This document shows, one piece after another, positions 37,933 through 47,653 of a stretch of 64,000 nt of DNA (position 1 is its first letter; every line of letters begins with the position of its first letter). The notes under the pieces are model-generated. The model was given only the letters and a program-made list of their open reading frames with translations. It was not told the origin of the DNA and did no database searches. Source of the stretch: an uncultured virus (IMG/VR IMGVR_UViG_3300031555_006012) (Duplodnaviria > Heunggongvirae > Uroviricota > Caudoviricetes); the IMG/VR virus record IMGVR_UViG_3300031555_006012; one strand, 5' to 3'. The position numbers and the translations under genes were made by a program.

Positions 37933-39217
37933 TTGGGGTTTCCTCCTCTTCAGTTTGATTTGGGGTATTGGTGGTCACTTGACCAGAAAAAATACCTGCA
38001 TCAGCCAGCTTGCACATGTTGCCGTTGATGAGGTACAGATCACCGCCCTCCTCGGCGGGGATGCGGTCCAGGTTCTCCAGCTCCCGGATGTCGTTGGCGG
38101 ACAGCCAACCGTTCTGACGAGCGGTGGCGTAGCCACTCATACGGGTCGCGTAGTCACCACGGAGCAGGCCTTCCAGGTTAAACTTGAAAAAGTATTCCTT
38201 CTTCTCTTTTTCGGTAAACAGAGTGCGGAAGAGCGTCTGTTCCCATCGAACCACCCAGGGGTCCAAGGTGTATTTGACGAACTCCAAGCTCTGCTGCTCA
38301 ATATTTGAGAAGCTGGACTTGTCCAGATCACCAACCATGTGGGGTGGCACACGGAAGATACGAGCGATCTCGTTAATCTGGAATTTTCGGGTCTCCAGGA
38401 ACTGTGCCTGTTCCGGGGAAATGGAAATAGGCGTATACTTCATGCCTTCTTCCAAAACAGCGATTTTGTTTGCGTTGCCGCTGCCGCCGAAGGTGGACTG
38501 CCAGCTTTCACGAACGCGCTGGGGATCCTTGATAGTTCCGGGGTGTTCCAACACGCCGCCCGGAGCGGCCCCGTTGGCGAAGAACTTCGCACCGTACTCC
38601 TCGCAGGCGATTGCCATGCCGATAGCGTTCTTCGCCATTGCGATGGGGCTGTAACCGACAACACCATCAAAGCCCAGGCCGGGGATATGCAACACTTGGG
38701 AAGGCGGCAGCGTAACAACGGTGCCATCCATGGTGGGTGCGTCGTCGGAGGTGGTGCGATACTTGTAATAAAGTCTGCCGTTCTGATCCCGGTCCACAGT
38801 CATGCGGTTAGGCATCAACGGGTACAACGCTACAACCTCTCCTTTGCCGTTTCGGATGATCTGGGCATAGGCGTTTCCCCACAGAAGCAAGTGGGTCATA
38901 AGCGTTTCTCGGAAAACAAAGGAACTCATCTCCGGGTTCGGCTCATCATGGAGCAGATGGTACAGCGGGTGGTCGATAGCTTTCTCTTTGCCGCCATCAG
39001 TCTTGTAGCGGTAAAGGTGCAGGGGCAGGCCAGCCAGGGCCTCGGACAAAATACGGACACAGGAGTACACGGCGGTCATCTGCATTGCCGAGCGCTCATT
39101 TACAGTTTTGCCGGAGGAGCTGGTACCGTTTAAAAACAGGTAGGCGCTGCCTGCGGTTCGGTTCTGGGGCTTATCGCGGGATTGGAACCAGCCAGAGAAA
39201 AGGCCCATGTCATTCAC
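37925..39217 (-). CDS. Portal protein (HK97 family; start may be 39208)
   Basis: AVYSCVRIL, LLLWGNAY, IARIFRVPP, SFSNIEQ. Confidence 0.96.
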   Translation of the reverse strand: MNDMGLFSGWFQSRDKPQNRTAGSAYLFLNGTSSSGKTVNERSAMQMTAVYSCVRILSEALAGLPLHLYRYKTDGGKEKAIDHPLYHLLHDEPNPEMSSFVFRETLMTHLLLWGNAYAQIIRNGKGEVVALYPLMPNRMTVDRDQNGRLYYKYRTTSDDAPTMDGTVVTLPPSQVLHIPGLGFDGVVGYSPIAMAKNAIGMAIACEEYGAKFFANGAAPGGVLEHPGTIKDPQRVRESWQSTFGGSGNANKIAVLEEGMKYTPISISPEQAQFLETRKFQINEIARIFRVPPHMVGDLDKSSFSNIEQQSLEFVKYTLDPWVVRWEQTLFRTLFTEKEKKEYFFKFNLEGLLRGDYATRMSGYATARQNGWLSANDIRELENLDRIPAEEGGDLYLINGNMCKLADAGIFSGQVTTNTPNQTEEEETPSE

Positions 39218-39274
39218 TCTCCTTAAAAATGGGTAGGAAAAAGCACCCTCTGTGGGGTGCTGTTCCTTCGTAAT

Positions 39275-41746
39275 TTAGGTGTACACTTTCAAACTCTTAA
39301 TGGTGATGCCTTTTTCGGTAGCATACTGGTTACTATAGCTGTAACCCTTATGGATACCCAACACATAGCCGAAATAGCCAGAAGCATTCTCGAAGGTAGT
39401 TTTGCCTACTTCCGCGCCATCCCGGTAAGCGGTAATAACCCCATCGGCTGTTTTACTGAGTTTATAGCTATGCTCCATGCCATCATGCGCAAACAACGAA
39501 CTGATATTTTTTCCAGTAGTATCCAGAGTGATAAGGCGAAGCTGGCCTGTGAGTTTGAAATCATTAAAACAGGGAGCAAGACAAGAAGATCCGTGCGTAT
39601 GACCATCCGTGCTGCTATCCACGCCGGACAGAATAGACCAGTACTGATAGTTGCTATCTGTTGTACTTGTTCCGCTACTGTCATAAGTGGCGATCGCGGC
39701 AGTCAGTTCCACATTCCAAGCCCCAGACACATCAATTGGGGTTGTCAATCTCAAACCATACCTCAGATCGGTATCGTTGCAGATCAAACCATCTTCACCG
39801 TAGGTCAGTGCATCGGCTGTGGAATCTCCCAGGCTAACTACGCCTTCGTCAATGTAGTCCTGCACAGTATGATTGACAAAATCCAGTTCCAGCAAAGTGG
39901 CCGAAGTGTTGTAATTTGCGGTGATACTACAGGTTGCCTGGATCTCACTGTTACCATCAGCAGTTGCGGTAATAACCACATCGCCCTGCTCCAGTACGGT
40001 CACAAGTCCGTTATCATCCACCGTGGCAGTAGCATTGTCGCTGGATTGCCAGGATACCCCCGTATTGGTAGCGTTGGCGGGTGTCACCGTAGCAGTCAGC
40101 TGAAGGGTATCACCTACATAAAGGGACGCTTCCGTTTGGCTAATGGTGATGGCGGTTACTTCAATTACGGACACGGAAACCTCAATATCCACGAACGCAG
40201 TGATGCTGGTATCGGCATCGGCTACTACGGTGATTCTGGCAGAACCTTCCGCAAGTGCCGTTACCAGACCATTCTTGTCAACCTGAACAATTGCAGGTGC
40301 GCTACTCTCATACAGTACATTTCGATTACTGGCTGTGGTGGGATAAACTGTAGCAGAAAGCTGGTAGGTGCTGTCCACGGACAAGGTCAGGGATGTAGTG
40401 TTCAGTTCAATGGAAGTAATCGTATCGCTGGCCAGCTTCTTCATCAGGTTCAGATCCACCCGGCTGGGGTCATAGAGAAATTTATCAACGGATCGTTCAT
40501 ATACCGTGGAATCATCATTGACCAGCGTATGGTATTCCAGAAGGATTGGCTTGGTTTTCTTCCCGGAATTGATGTAAATACCGGAATTGACACCTGCCTC
40601 TAACCCTGCCCGGACATATCCTTCCGGTTTATAGTGCCAACCATCGCGCATCAGATTACGAACGGTACCATCCTCTTCAATGAAACCTTTGGCTCCGGCA
40701 AACACGGTGGACACCAACACACAGTTGTTGTGTTCTTTGCCCAGCTGATTTTGGGCCTCAATAATGGGGGTATAGGTGGTATTATTGCCACTCTTATGTC
40801 CGATTCGGATAATGAAAGCCGTAGTCAATCCGGTATCTGCTGCCAGATGATCCACCAGATCAGAAAAATGTTCCTTGTAGTAGGCGGTTTTCTGCGCATC
40901 CGTTGTCAATGTGGCCTCATAGGCATTGGCATAATTATTGGTATTGCCGAGATAGTCGCCATCAGATTCACCCTGGCACCATACCATAAAGATTTCGCCA
41001 ACCTCGTATCCATTGCTGACCAGATTAGCTTTGGCATGGTTAACCGCATTTTTCATCGCCGTATAGTAGCTGTTTGCTGTAGTGGTAGGCTCACCCGTAG
41101 TGCTGTCCAAAACAAATGGAACAAACTTATTCAACATCGTGCCACCAGCACTTTTATAGCAGGCACAGGTTTTTCTCTTAGTGGTTTCGTAGTACGCATT
41201 CAGAAATGCCGGAATATACCCGTATGCACTGGAACCGTTGGCGCTGATCGGTTCCACAATCTGCAACGGCTCAGTTGCGGTTGTATTATTGAAGGTAAAG
41301 GCTCTGGTCATAGGCACAGACAAAATCAAATCCTCATCTGTGGAGCAGTCTGCCAGGGTAGCTCTACCGCAGCTGTTGGACTGACCTGCAAACAGAACAA
41401 TATCGACAGCATTTTCGTTGTGATCTGCTGTGTTCATGTACTGATGGTGAAATCGGGAAACATAATGCTTTGCCTGGGCATACAGATCCGATGCTCCGCT
41501 GTTAGTGGTAATATCACCGCTTCCCAAAATGCTCTGGCCATTGATAGTCTTAATATTGGAACCGCTCACCAAGGCATTCTGTTTTTTGCTGATTGCAGTA
41601 GTATTGCTCCTGATGGCGGCTTCATTCGCGGAGATGCCTTCTTCAATATGTTGGAAATGCTCCGCTTTGATGATGGTACCTTCCTGGGTCACATTCCCAT
41701 CTGAGTCTCGAATTTCATCCAGAAAGGTCTGTTTTTCATAGCTCAT
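39275..41746 (-). CDS. Fibre-like protein: SGNH/SASA-type esterase + two Ig-like (Big_2) domains
   Basis: AGQSN, WCQGESD, DGWHY; two L.ATV.P..A.N..V...SS....V..NGLVT repeats; LVSGSNIKTINGQSILGSGDI fibre motif. Confidence 0.8.
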   Translation of the reverse strand: MSYEKQTFLDEIRDSDGNVTQEGTIIKAEHFQHIEEGISANEAAIRSNTTAISKKQNALVSGSNIKTINGQSILGSGDITTNSGASDLYAQAKHYVSRFHHQYMNTADHNENAVDIVLFAGQSNSCGRATLADCSTDEDLILSVPMTRAFTFNNTTATEPLQIVEPISANGSSAYGYIPAFLNAYYETTKRKTCACYKSAGGTMLNKFVPFVLDSTTGEPTTTANSYYTAMKNAVNHAKANLVSNGYEVGEIFMVWCQGESDGDYLGNTNNYANAYEATLTTDAQKTAYYKEHFSDLVDHLAADTGLTTAFIIRIGHKSGNNTTYTPIIEAQNQLGKEHNNCVLVSTVFAGAKGFIEEDGTVRNLMRDGWHYKPEGYVRAGLEAGVNSGIYINSGKKTKPILLEYHTLVNDDSTVYERSVDKFLYDPSRVDLNLMKKLASDTITSIELNTTSLTLSVDSTYQLSATVYPTTASNRNVLYESSAPAIVQVDKNGLVTALAEGSARITVVADADTSITAFVDIEVSVSVIEVTAITISQTEASLYVGDTLQLTATVTPANATNTGVSWQSSDNATATVDDNGLVTVLEQGDVVITATADGNSEIQATCSITANYNTSATLLELDFVNHTVQDYIDEGVVSLGDSTADALTYGEDGLICNDTDLRYGLRLTTPIDVSGAWNVELTAAIATYDSSGTSTTDSNYQYWSILSGVDSSTDGHTHGSSCLAPCFNDFKLTGQLRLITLDTTGKNISSLFAHDGMEHSYKLSKTADGVITAYRDGAEVGKTTFENASGYFGYVLGIHKGYSYSNQYATEKGITIKSLKVYT

Positions 41747-41760
41747 AATTCTCGCTCCTT

Positions 41761-42801
41761 CTATGTTCTGCCCAGGACGAACTTATTCAGCACTGCGGTA
41801 CCCAACAATGCAGTACTCTCAGCTTCATACTCGGCGGTTGGTTCTTCGATACCCAACGCCTCTGCCAGAGCAGAAATATTATGTGTTTGGTCTGTAGTGT
41901 ACTGACCTGCGCGGAGAATGGAGAGAAGCAACTGCGCGGCTTCGGCAGTAAGTCGGCAAGAGGAACCGTTCATTTTCTCTTCCAACTGTAAAAATGCATC
42001 GCTTGCCCAAATCTCGTCCAAGGAAACCGCATCGATATTCTCACGCGCCTGTGTTTTCTGAGCGCTCGTTAGTGTTTGTTTAACATAGGACACAGCATAA
42101 ATAGGGCCGGATATTGCGGGTTTCGATACGCCACCCTCCATTGTCATCATGGGAATTTTTTTGTTCCCGTCTACCGGGTAGTAATATCGACTCCAGGAAT
42201 TGGTCGACCCTTCATAGATAGAGAAAGTGACATTATCGTCCCCCACACTGAAAAGTGGGGCTTCTTTTTCCCCATCCTTCACAGCAGTGACCCAACCGCC
42301 AGCAGCAAGATGCTCCTTGATTTCATGACTGCTGTGAGAAGCACTACTGGTAGCCGTATCAAGGGATACCACCAATAGTGTGCTGTTTCGTAACCGTGTC
42401 ACATTTTGCTGAATCTGCAACCAAGTTGGAATAGATGCATCTGTGGAGGAATCTCCTTCGGGGTTGGCGGCGTCATGCACAAGGCCCAATTTGGTCCACA
42501 GCGTAGGTACAATCAAAGTACCGTCTGCGGATACACCGTATAGCCCCATAAGGAGATATCGATCAGATGTCCTTGTGACTTCCGGAGGGATTATGACCTC
42601 GTCTTTGACATCAAGGACGTCTTTTGTGACTCCGTTACGGAAAACTGCTGTAACAGTCAGGCCCTTCCAAATATCATCAGTATATTGAATTTGAACTTTA
42701 CCACCGACAAGACCACTTGGTATTAAGCGCGAGGGTTTGGCTTTTGCGGTGGTACCGCTCACCTCGACCGTTGCAATAAACATAACTTCACTTCTTTTCA
42801 A
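41761..42801 (-). CDS. Structural adaptor/fibre-like protein (start may be 42783)
   Basis: W.GLT.TAVF...IIP.EV N-terminal domain; QTLT.AQK.QARENI motif. Confidence 0.65.
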   Translation of the reverse strand: MKRSEVMFIATVEVSGTTAKAKPSRLIPSGLVGGKVQIQYTDDIWKGLTVTAVFRNGVTKDVLDVKDEVIIPPEVTRTSDRYLLMGLYGVSADGTLIVPTLWTKLGLVHDAANPEGDSSTDASIPTWLQIQQNVTRLRNSTLLVVSLDTATSSASHSSHEIKEHLAAGGWVTAVKDGEKEAPLFSVGDDNVTFSIYEGSTNSWSRYYYPVDGNKKIPMMTMEGGVSKPAISGPIYAVSYVKQTLTSAQKTQARENIDAVSLDEIWASDAFLQLEEKMNGSSCRLTAEAAQLLLSILRAGQYTTDQTHNISALAEALGIEEPTAEYEAESTALLGTAVLNKFVLGRT

Positions 42802-42803
42802 GA

Positions 42804-44405
42804 TTAGATAAACAAAATGCCCCGGTCGTCATAGACCGAAGCACTGGTGTCGTTGCCACATCTGATCGCCCGGTCCAACGCCATCACTGTTGCAACAGCT
42901 CCGTCGATCTTTTCTGTGGATTTTTCTTTGTCGGGTTTAATATTGCCCGCTGGGTCGGTGCGGATGAAGATGTTATCCATCATCCAGCGCAACACTGGGT
43001 GACCGCCGTGAGCGATTCGCTCTTCCAGAACGAGCTTCATAAGCTCCTTGGTAGGGGGCGACATGTCTTTGAAGCCCTGGCCAAAAGGAACCACGGTGAA
43101 GCCCATACCCTCCAGGTTTTGTACCATCTGAACAGCGCCCCAACGGTCAAAGGCAATTTCGCGGATATTGAACTTCTCGCCCAGACGCTCAATGAACTTT
43201 TCTATGTAGCCGTAGTGGACCACATTGCCTTCCGTGGTCAGAAGGCATCCTTGTTTCTCCCAGACATCGTATGGTACATGGTCGCGCCGGACACGCAGAT
43301 CCAGGTTGTCCTCCGGGATCCAGAAGTATGGCAGTACCGTGTATTTGTCATCTTCGTCCTCCGGGGGGAAGACCAGGACAAATGCTGTGATGTCGGTGGT
43401 GGAGGAAAGGTCAAGACCACCGTAACACACACGGCCTTCCAGGGCTTCTTCATTTACAGCGAACGCGCATCGGTCCCATTTCTCCATGGGCATCCAGCGC
43501 ACCGCCTGCTTGACCCACTGGTTCAAACGAAGCTGCCGGAAGCTGTTCTCTTCGGCGGGGTTCTGCTTGGCGGACTCACAGGCGGCTTTGACTTTGTCGA
43601 TGCCGACCGTGATGCCGAGGGAGGGGTTGGCCTTCTTCCAGGTCTTGGGGTCGGTCCAATCGTCGTTCTCATCCGCGCCGTAAATCACCGGGTAGAATGT
43701 CGGGTCGATCTTCCGGCCTTCCAGAATGTCCTTGGCTTTCTGGTGGGTTTCATAACAGATGGAGCGGGTATCAGTTCCGGCTGTGGTGATGAGGAAGTAC
43801 AGAGGCTGCATACGAGCGTCACCGGACCCCTTGGTCATAACATCAAAGAGCTTTCGGTTAGGCTGGGTGTGCAGCTCGTCAAAAACGACGCCGTGGATGT
43901 TGAAGCCGTGTTTGGAGTAGGCTTCAGCGGACAAAACCTGATAGAAGGAGTTGGTGGGGGTGTAGACGATCCGTTTCTGGGAAGCAAGAATTTTCACTCG
44001 CTTTGCCAGGGCGGGACACATCTTCACCATATCTGCCGCCACATCAAAAACGATAGCGGCCTGCTGCCGATCGGCGGCACAGCCGTAGACCTCGGCGCGT
44101 TCCTCGCCGTCGCCACATGTGAGCAGAAGGGCCACGGCGGCAGCAAGCTCCGATTTACCCATCTTCTTTGGAATCTCAATGTAGGCGGTGTTGAACTGGC
44201 GGTAACCGTTGGGCTTAAGGGTTCCGAACAGGTCGCGGATGATCTGCTCTTGCCAGTCGATCAATTCAAAGGGCTTTCCAGCCCAGGTGCCTTTGGTGTG
44301 GCACAAGCATTCAATAAAGCCGACCGCATAGTCAGCGGCTTCCTGATCATAATGGGAGCCTTTGGCCATGAACTTGGTCGGCTTGTACTTTTTCAGCTTT
44401 CGGAT
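42804..44405 (-). CDS. terL: Terminase large subunit (probable ATC start at 44405; first ATG 44369)
   Basis: IPKKMGKSEL Walker A, VVFDELH Walker B, GGLDLSSTTD, KIDGAVA. Confidence 0.96.
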   Translation of the reverse strand: MRKLKKYKPTKFMAKGSHYDQEAADYAVGFIECLCHTKGTWAGKPFELIDWQEQIIRDLFGTLKPNGYRQFNTAYIEIPKKMGKSELAAAVALLLTCGDGEERAEVYGCAADRQQAAIVFDVAADMVKMCPALAKRVKILASQKRIVYTPTNSFYQVLSAEAYSKHGFNIHGVVFDELHTQPNRKLFDVMTKGSGDARMQPLYFLITTAGTDTRSICYETHQKAKDILEGRKIDPTFYPVIYGADENDDWTDPKTWKKANPSLGITVGIDKVKAACESAKQNPAEENSFRQLRLNQWVKQAVRWMPMEKWDRCAFAVNEEALEGRVCYGGLDLSSTTDITAFVLVFPPEDEDDKYTVLPYFWIPEDNLDLRVRRDHVPYDVWEKQGCLLTTEGNVVHYGYIEKFIERLGEKFNIREIAFDRWGAVQMVQNLEGMGFTVVPFGQGFKDMSPPTKELMKLVLEERIAHGGHPVLRWMMDNIFIRTDPAGNIKPDKEKSTEKIDGAVATVMALDRAIRCGNDTSASVYDDRGILFI

Positions 44406-44424
44406 AGTTGGTCACCTCCAGATC

Positions 44425-44740
44425 GAGGGGTTGTACCTTTGCGGTATAGGGTGTCGTACCCTTTACGGTTAAGGGTGTCCTCCCCTTTGCGGTAATAGGG
44501 GGTTACCCCTTTGCGGTATAGTGTACCGGGGGTTGCGGTTAGGTGTGTTCATGGGATCACATACCTTACGGTAAAGGGGTGTGTACCTTGCGGTTAGAAG
44601 TGTTCGGGGGCAGCGGTTAGAGGTGTAGCCCCCTTTGCGGTTAAGGGTGACGGGCCTTTACGGTTAAGGGTGATTACCCTTTGCGGTTACGGGTGACCCC
44701 CCTTTGCGGTAGAGGGTGTAGGAGGGGTTGCGGTAATTGA
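44425..44740. repeat. Tandem array of 13 units, about 23-bp period, core CCTTT(G/A)CGGT
   Basis: Cores start at 44436, 44460, 44484, 44508, 44530, 44563, 44585, 44608, 44632, 44655, 44678, 44701, 44725; distal copy 44845. Confidence 0.9.
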
Positions 44741-44879
44741 TACAAGGGTTGTGGGTGGTGACGCAACCCTTGTGGCTTTTGATGGGGTGCTTCTTGGTGG
44801 TTGGGAAGCGCCCCATCGTTTTGTATTCAGAAAGGGTGTCTACCCCTTTACGGATAAATAACAAAAAGGAGTGTTTTAC

Positions 44880-45125
44880 ATGTCAAAAGTTCTTCAGTGT
44901 AAAGATTGTACGCGGGTGTTTTCCTTCTCGGATGAAGATCAGTGTAGATTCCAGCAGCGCGGGTGGAAAGACCCCATTCGCTGCAAGCGGTGCATCGCAA
45001 AGGCAAAGGAGCGCCGCCAGAATCCGTACTGGGGATGGGAGACCACCATGGGTGATGATCTCCATGCTCCCAAGGGCCACAGACGCGTGAATTACCCGTT
45101 CCATGTAGTGGGCGGTTTCAAATAA
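44880..45125 (+). CDS. Zinc-ribbon protein (zf-trcl-like)
   Basis: LQCKDC...F.FS..DQ..F..RGW..PIRCKRC; AAGGAG RBS. Confidence 0.8.
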   Translation: MSKVLQCKDCTRVFSFSDEDQCRFQQRGWKDPIRCKRCIAKAKERRQNPYWGWETTMGDDLHAPKGHRRVNYPFHVVGGFK

Positions 45126-45137
45126 GGAGGTGACGAT

Positions 45138-45269
45138 ATGTTGACACTAATTGCGACGCTCATTGTGTGGGCAATCATCCAGGCGTTGTGCGGGAAGAAT
45201 CCCGGGCCGCTGATGGTCCTTTTTATCCTGTACGCAATTCTTAGCCTGGTAGCAGAAATCATGTACTAA
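45138..45269 (+). CDS. 43-aa two-TM membrane peptide (below ORF-track cutoff)
   Basis: AAGGAGGTG RBS; MLTLIATLIVWAIIQALCGKNPGPLMVLFILYAILSLVAEIMY. Confidence 0.75.
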   Translation: MLTLIATLIVWAIIQALCGKNPGPLMVLFILYAILSLVAEIMY

Positions 45270-45281
45270 TGGAGGTAGCGT

Positions 45282-45644
45282 ATGAATAACGAAAACTACG
45301 AAGCACAGGAACTGGACGAACTGATCGAAAGTATCAGCCAATGGATTCTTGAGGACGAAATGAAGCCGGGAATTCTAAACCCGCCAAGGGTGCAGCAGAT
45401 GCGGTTTTCCCACTCAGTCATGAAGAGGCTGACAACAGGCTCTGCAATGCAAGTCACATACACAATGCACGATCCCTTCCCGAGCATGGGGAGCATCACC
45501 GTGGAGGGTGATCACCTGGCATTCTCGGACTGCAAGTGGCTGGGGCGGGCGCTGGAGTTTGCCAGCAATGTGGAAGTGTATCCACTGAGCAACGGCGGGG
45601 TTCGGATGGTTTTAACTTTCCATGGCCTGGTAAAAAGGGCATGA
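45282..45644 (+). CDS. Hypothetical protein
   Basis: GGAGG RBS; operon-coupled. Confidence 0.7.
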   Translation: MNNENYEAQELDELIESISQWILEDEMKPGILNPPRVQQMRFSHSVMKRLTTGSAMQVTYTMHDPFPSMGSITVEGDHLAFSDCKWLGRALEFASNVEVYPLSNGGVRMVLTFHGLVKRA

Positions 45645-45744
45645 AAAAAAGCGACCCAACGGTCGCAATTCCTGAAGTGTGCCTCATGGTCAAACGCCAC
45701 GAAGCGTTGTAGCATGGTAGTAACCATTTGAAAGGAGTGCCGCC

Positions 45745-46014
45745 ATGCGTATGCAAAAAAGAGACATAATGAAAAAAGCCCTTCAGCAAGTAAATGCTGT
45801 AGAGCTGAAATGTTATCGTGAGAGAAACCAATTGACACAAGAGGCGATGGCCTCGCGGCTCAGGATGAATGTCCGAACCTACATTGACTTGGAACACGGG
45901 GCCAATCTGCCCAGCGCTACCACGCTCGCCCTGCACCTCACCTCGCTCCCCAAAGAGGAACAGGCGCGGTTCCTGGCCGCGGTAAAGGCGGCTGAGGAAC
46001 AAGCTCTGGGTTAG
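45745..46014 (+). CDS. XRE-family HTH protein
   Basis: LTQEAMASRLRMNVRTYIDLEHGANLPS. Confidence 0.85.
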   Translation: MRMQKRDIMKKALQQVNAVELKCYRERNQLTQEAMASRLRMNVRTYIDLEHGANLPSATTLALHLTSLPKEEQARFLAAVKAAEEQALG

Positions 46015-46316
46015 ATCCGAACCAGGGCAGCGTAGCGGGGGTAGTCGTAGCCGTCGCTCTGGACCGCAATGGCGGTGCGCTTGGTGCCTGCCTTGCGAAC
46101 CAGGATGCAGCGAAAGGTTCCGTTGACAACGCCTGTGTTCTGGGTGTGCTTGGCGATGAAATCGTAGTCGTCGTAAAGGTTCTCGGCGAAGCTGTCGAAG
46201 TTGGCCTTGGGGAGGGTGACCTCTGCGATCACCTGGATCTCGGCCTCATCGCCGTGCTTCTGGGCGCTTTTCAGACTGTCCAGGTTGATGGGCTTCCGTG
46301 CAAAATGTCCTCTCAT
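46011..46316 (-). CDS. Small cassette protein
   Basis: F.RKP...CILV...IAVQSDGYDYPRYAA motif; GGAGG RBS. Confidence 0.7.
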   Translation of the reverse strand: MRGHFARKPINLDSLKSAQKHGDEAEIQVIAEVTLPKANFDSFAENLYDDYDFIAKHTQNTGVVNGTFRCILVRKAGTKRTAIAVQSDGYDYPRYAALVRI

Positions 46317-46328
46317 GTCCGTTCCTCC

Positions 46329-46520
46329 TTACTTGCTGCTCTTGCCGAGTTCGTATGCTGCCTTGAGGGCGTCCATCAGGCCCCAAACCGGGACTTCGAT
46401 GAAGTCGTCGCTGTCGTTGTGAAGCTCTTCCAGGTGGCCCTGGAAGTCGACCGCTGCCATGCGGGCTGCTGCGATTTCGTAAAGCTGCTTTTCCAGTTTC
46501 TGCATTTCCTTCTTGCTCAT
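46329..46520 (-). CDS. DUF6900-like small protein
   Basis: LE..HNDSDDFIEV.VW.L..AL.AAYELG. Confidence 0.7.
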   Translation of the reverse strand: MSKKEMQKLEKQLYEIAAARMAAVDFQGHLEELHNDSDDFIEVPVWGLMDALKAAYELGKSSK

Positions 46521-46546
46521 TTTGTGTTCCTCCGTAATGTGTTTTC

Positions 46547-46683
46547 CTTTTGGTAGTACACATTATTGCTCTGAATGCAGAATATAGCAAGTTATATCTA
46601 AGTCATAAAGTACACAAAGATTGGGCTGCAGTATGGTGTATATTATGGCGACAACGAGGAACAGAGCCTTTCGGCTCCGTCCC
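46547..46683 (-). promoter_or_regulatory. Repeated element copy A with upstream terminator hairpin
   Basis: Arms 46602-46617 and 46634-46649; TTGCTA-N17-AATAAT. Confidence 0.8.
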
Positions 46684-46695
46684 AGGGGGAGTTGC

Positions 46696-46890
46696 TTACT
46701 TCTCCCTATGGGTCTTGGTGGGGATCGGGGGCTTCCCGGTAGTCAGCCATGCAAGCCAACACTGCTTGCAACTAACCAGGTCGCATTGAACCTGGCCGTC
46801 CCGCTCGAAGGGCGGGTGGCCCTTGCCGAACATCTCTGCCAGCTCCTCCGGGGTGGAGGATGCAAAGATCTCCATACCAGTTTTCGCCAT
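46696..46890 (-). CDS. Small cassette protein with Cys motif
   Basis: GGAGG RBS; C...SCKQCWLAWL. Confidence 0.65.
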   Translation of the reverse strand: MAKTGMEIFASSTPEELAEMFGKGHPPFERDGQVQCDLVSCKQCWLAWLTTGKPPIPTKTHREK

Positions 46891-46902
46891 GTGTACACCT
46901 CC

Positions 46903-47247
46903 TTACTTCCAGATGATTTCATAGCCCAGCCGCATCAGCTCCCGGATCTGGGTTACCAACTGATAGCTGACCATGTTCTCTTTCAGGGCGCAGGCTACGC
47001 TCATTCCCCAGTCTCCTTTACGCTCGGGATCCAGGTAAATGACATAGGCCTCGCCGCCGTCGCAGTAGCTGCTCTTTTCCTCGTAGGCCACACGGGCCAA
47101 GGGGCGGGCCTCACGGCGCTCATGCTCGTCGAGGATGTCGTACAAGCACTCGCCGTAAATGTCCTCCACCAGGGCGTCGACGCGGTCAGTGGCGCGGAAC
47201 AGGCCAGCGGCCTCCAGCTTCTGATTGAGTAGTTCGGTTTTCTTCAT
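46903..47247 (-). CDS. Small cassette protein
   Basis: GGAGG RBS downstream of element B. Confidence 0.7.
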   Translation of the reverse strand: MKKTELLNQKLEAAGLFRATDRVDALVEDIYGECLYDILDEHERREARPLARVAYEEKSSYCDGGEAYVIYLDPERKGDWGMSVACALKENMVSYQLVTQIRELMRLGYEIIWK

Positions 47248-47289
47248 GTTAGGTTCCTCCAGTTGAAATGTAATGTACCCCTTCGGGTC

Positions 47290-47417
47290 ATGTACATATT
47301 CGCTCTGAATGCCCTAAATAGCAAGTTATATCTGAGGCGTATACTACACAATGATTTCGTCCAGATATTGTGTAAATTATGGCTATAAGCCGGAACAGAG
47401 CCTTCTGGCTCCGTCCC
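47290..47417 (-). promoter_or_regulatory. Repeated element copy B with upstream terminator hairpin
   Basis: Arms 47336-47351 and 47368-47383. Confidence 0.8.
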
Positions 47418-47437
47418 AAGGGAAGTGCTGCGGGGTG

Positions 47438-47653
47438 TTATTTGATGCGCTGGATGTTCAGGGTGTGGTTCCGAGTAACCCGGATCCAACCGTCGTCCAT
47501 CAGCTTACTGCCATCGCTGCTCTGTACCTTAAAGGCCATGTCGAACGGCAGGGTTCTACTTCCGTCGTAGCTGATGATGACCTTGCCATCCTTCAGCTCG
47601 ACCTGATCGGCGTTGATGATAATCTGCATACATACACCCCCTTTCTCAGTCAA
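47438..47653 (-). CDS. Small cassette protein (start uncertain)
   Basis: Operon-coupled ORF. Confidence 0.55.
   Translation of the reverse strand: MTEKGGVCMQIIINADQVELKDGKVIISYDGSRTLPFDMAFKVQSSDGSKLMDDGWIRVTRNHTLNIQRIK

Noticed and set aside
44425..44740. CRISPR or TIGR array interpretation of the tandem repeat
   Set aside because: Period is only about 23 bp, there are no spacer-length unique segments, and no cas or Nop-domain gene is recognisable in the window
44664..44864. Minus-strand 66-aa ORF over the array end
   Set aside because: No RBS or motif; overlaps the non-coding repeat
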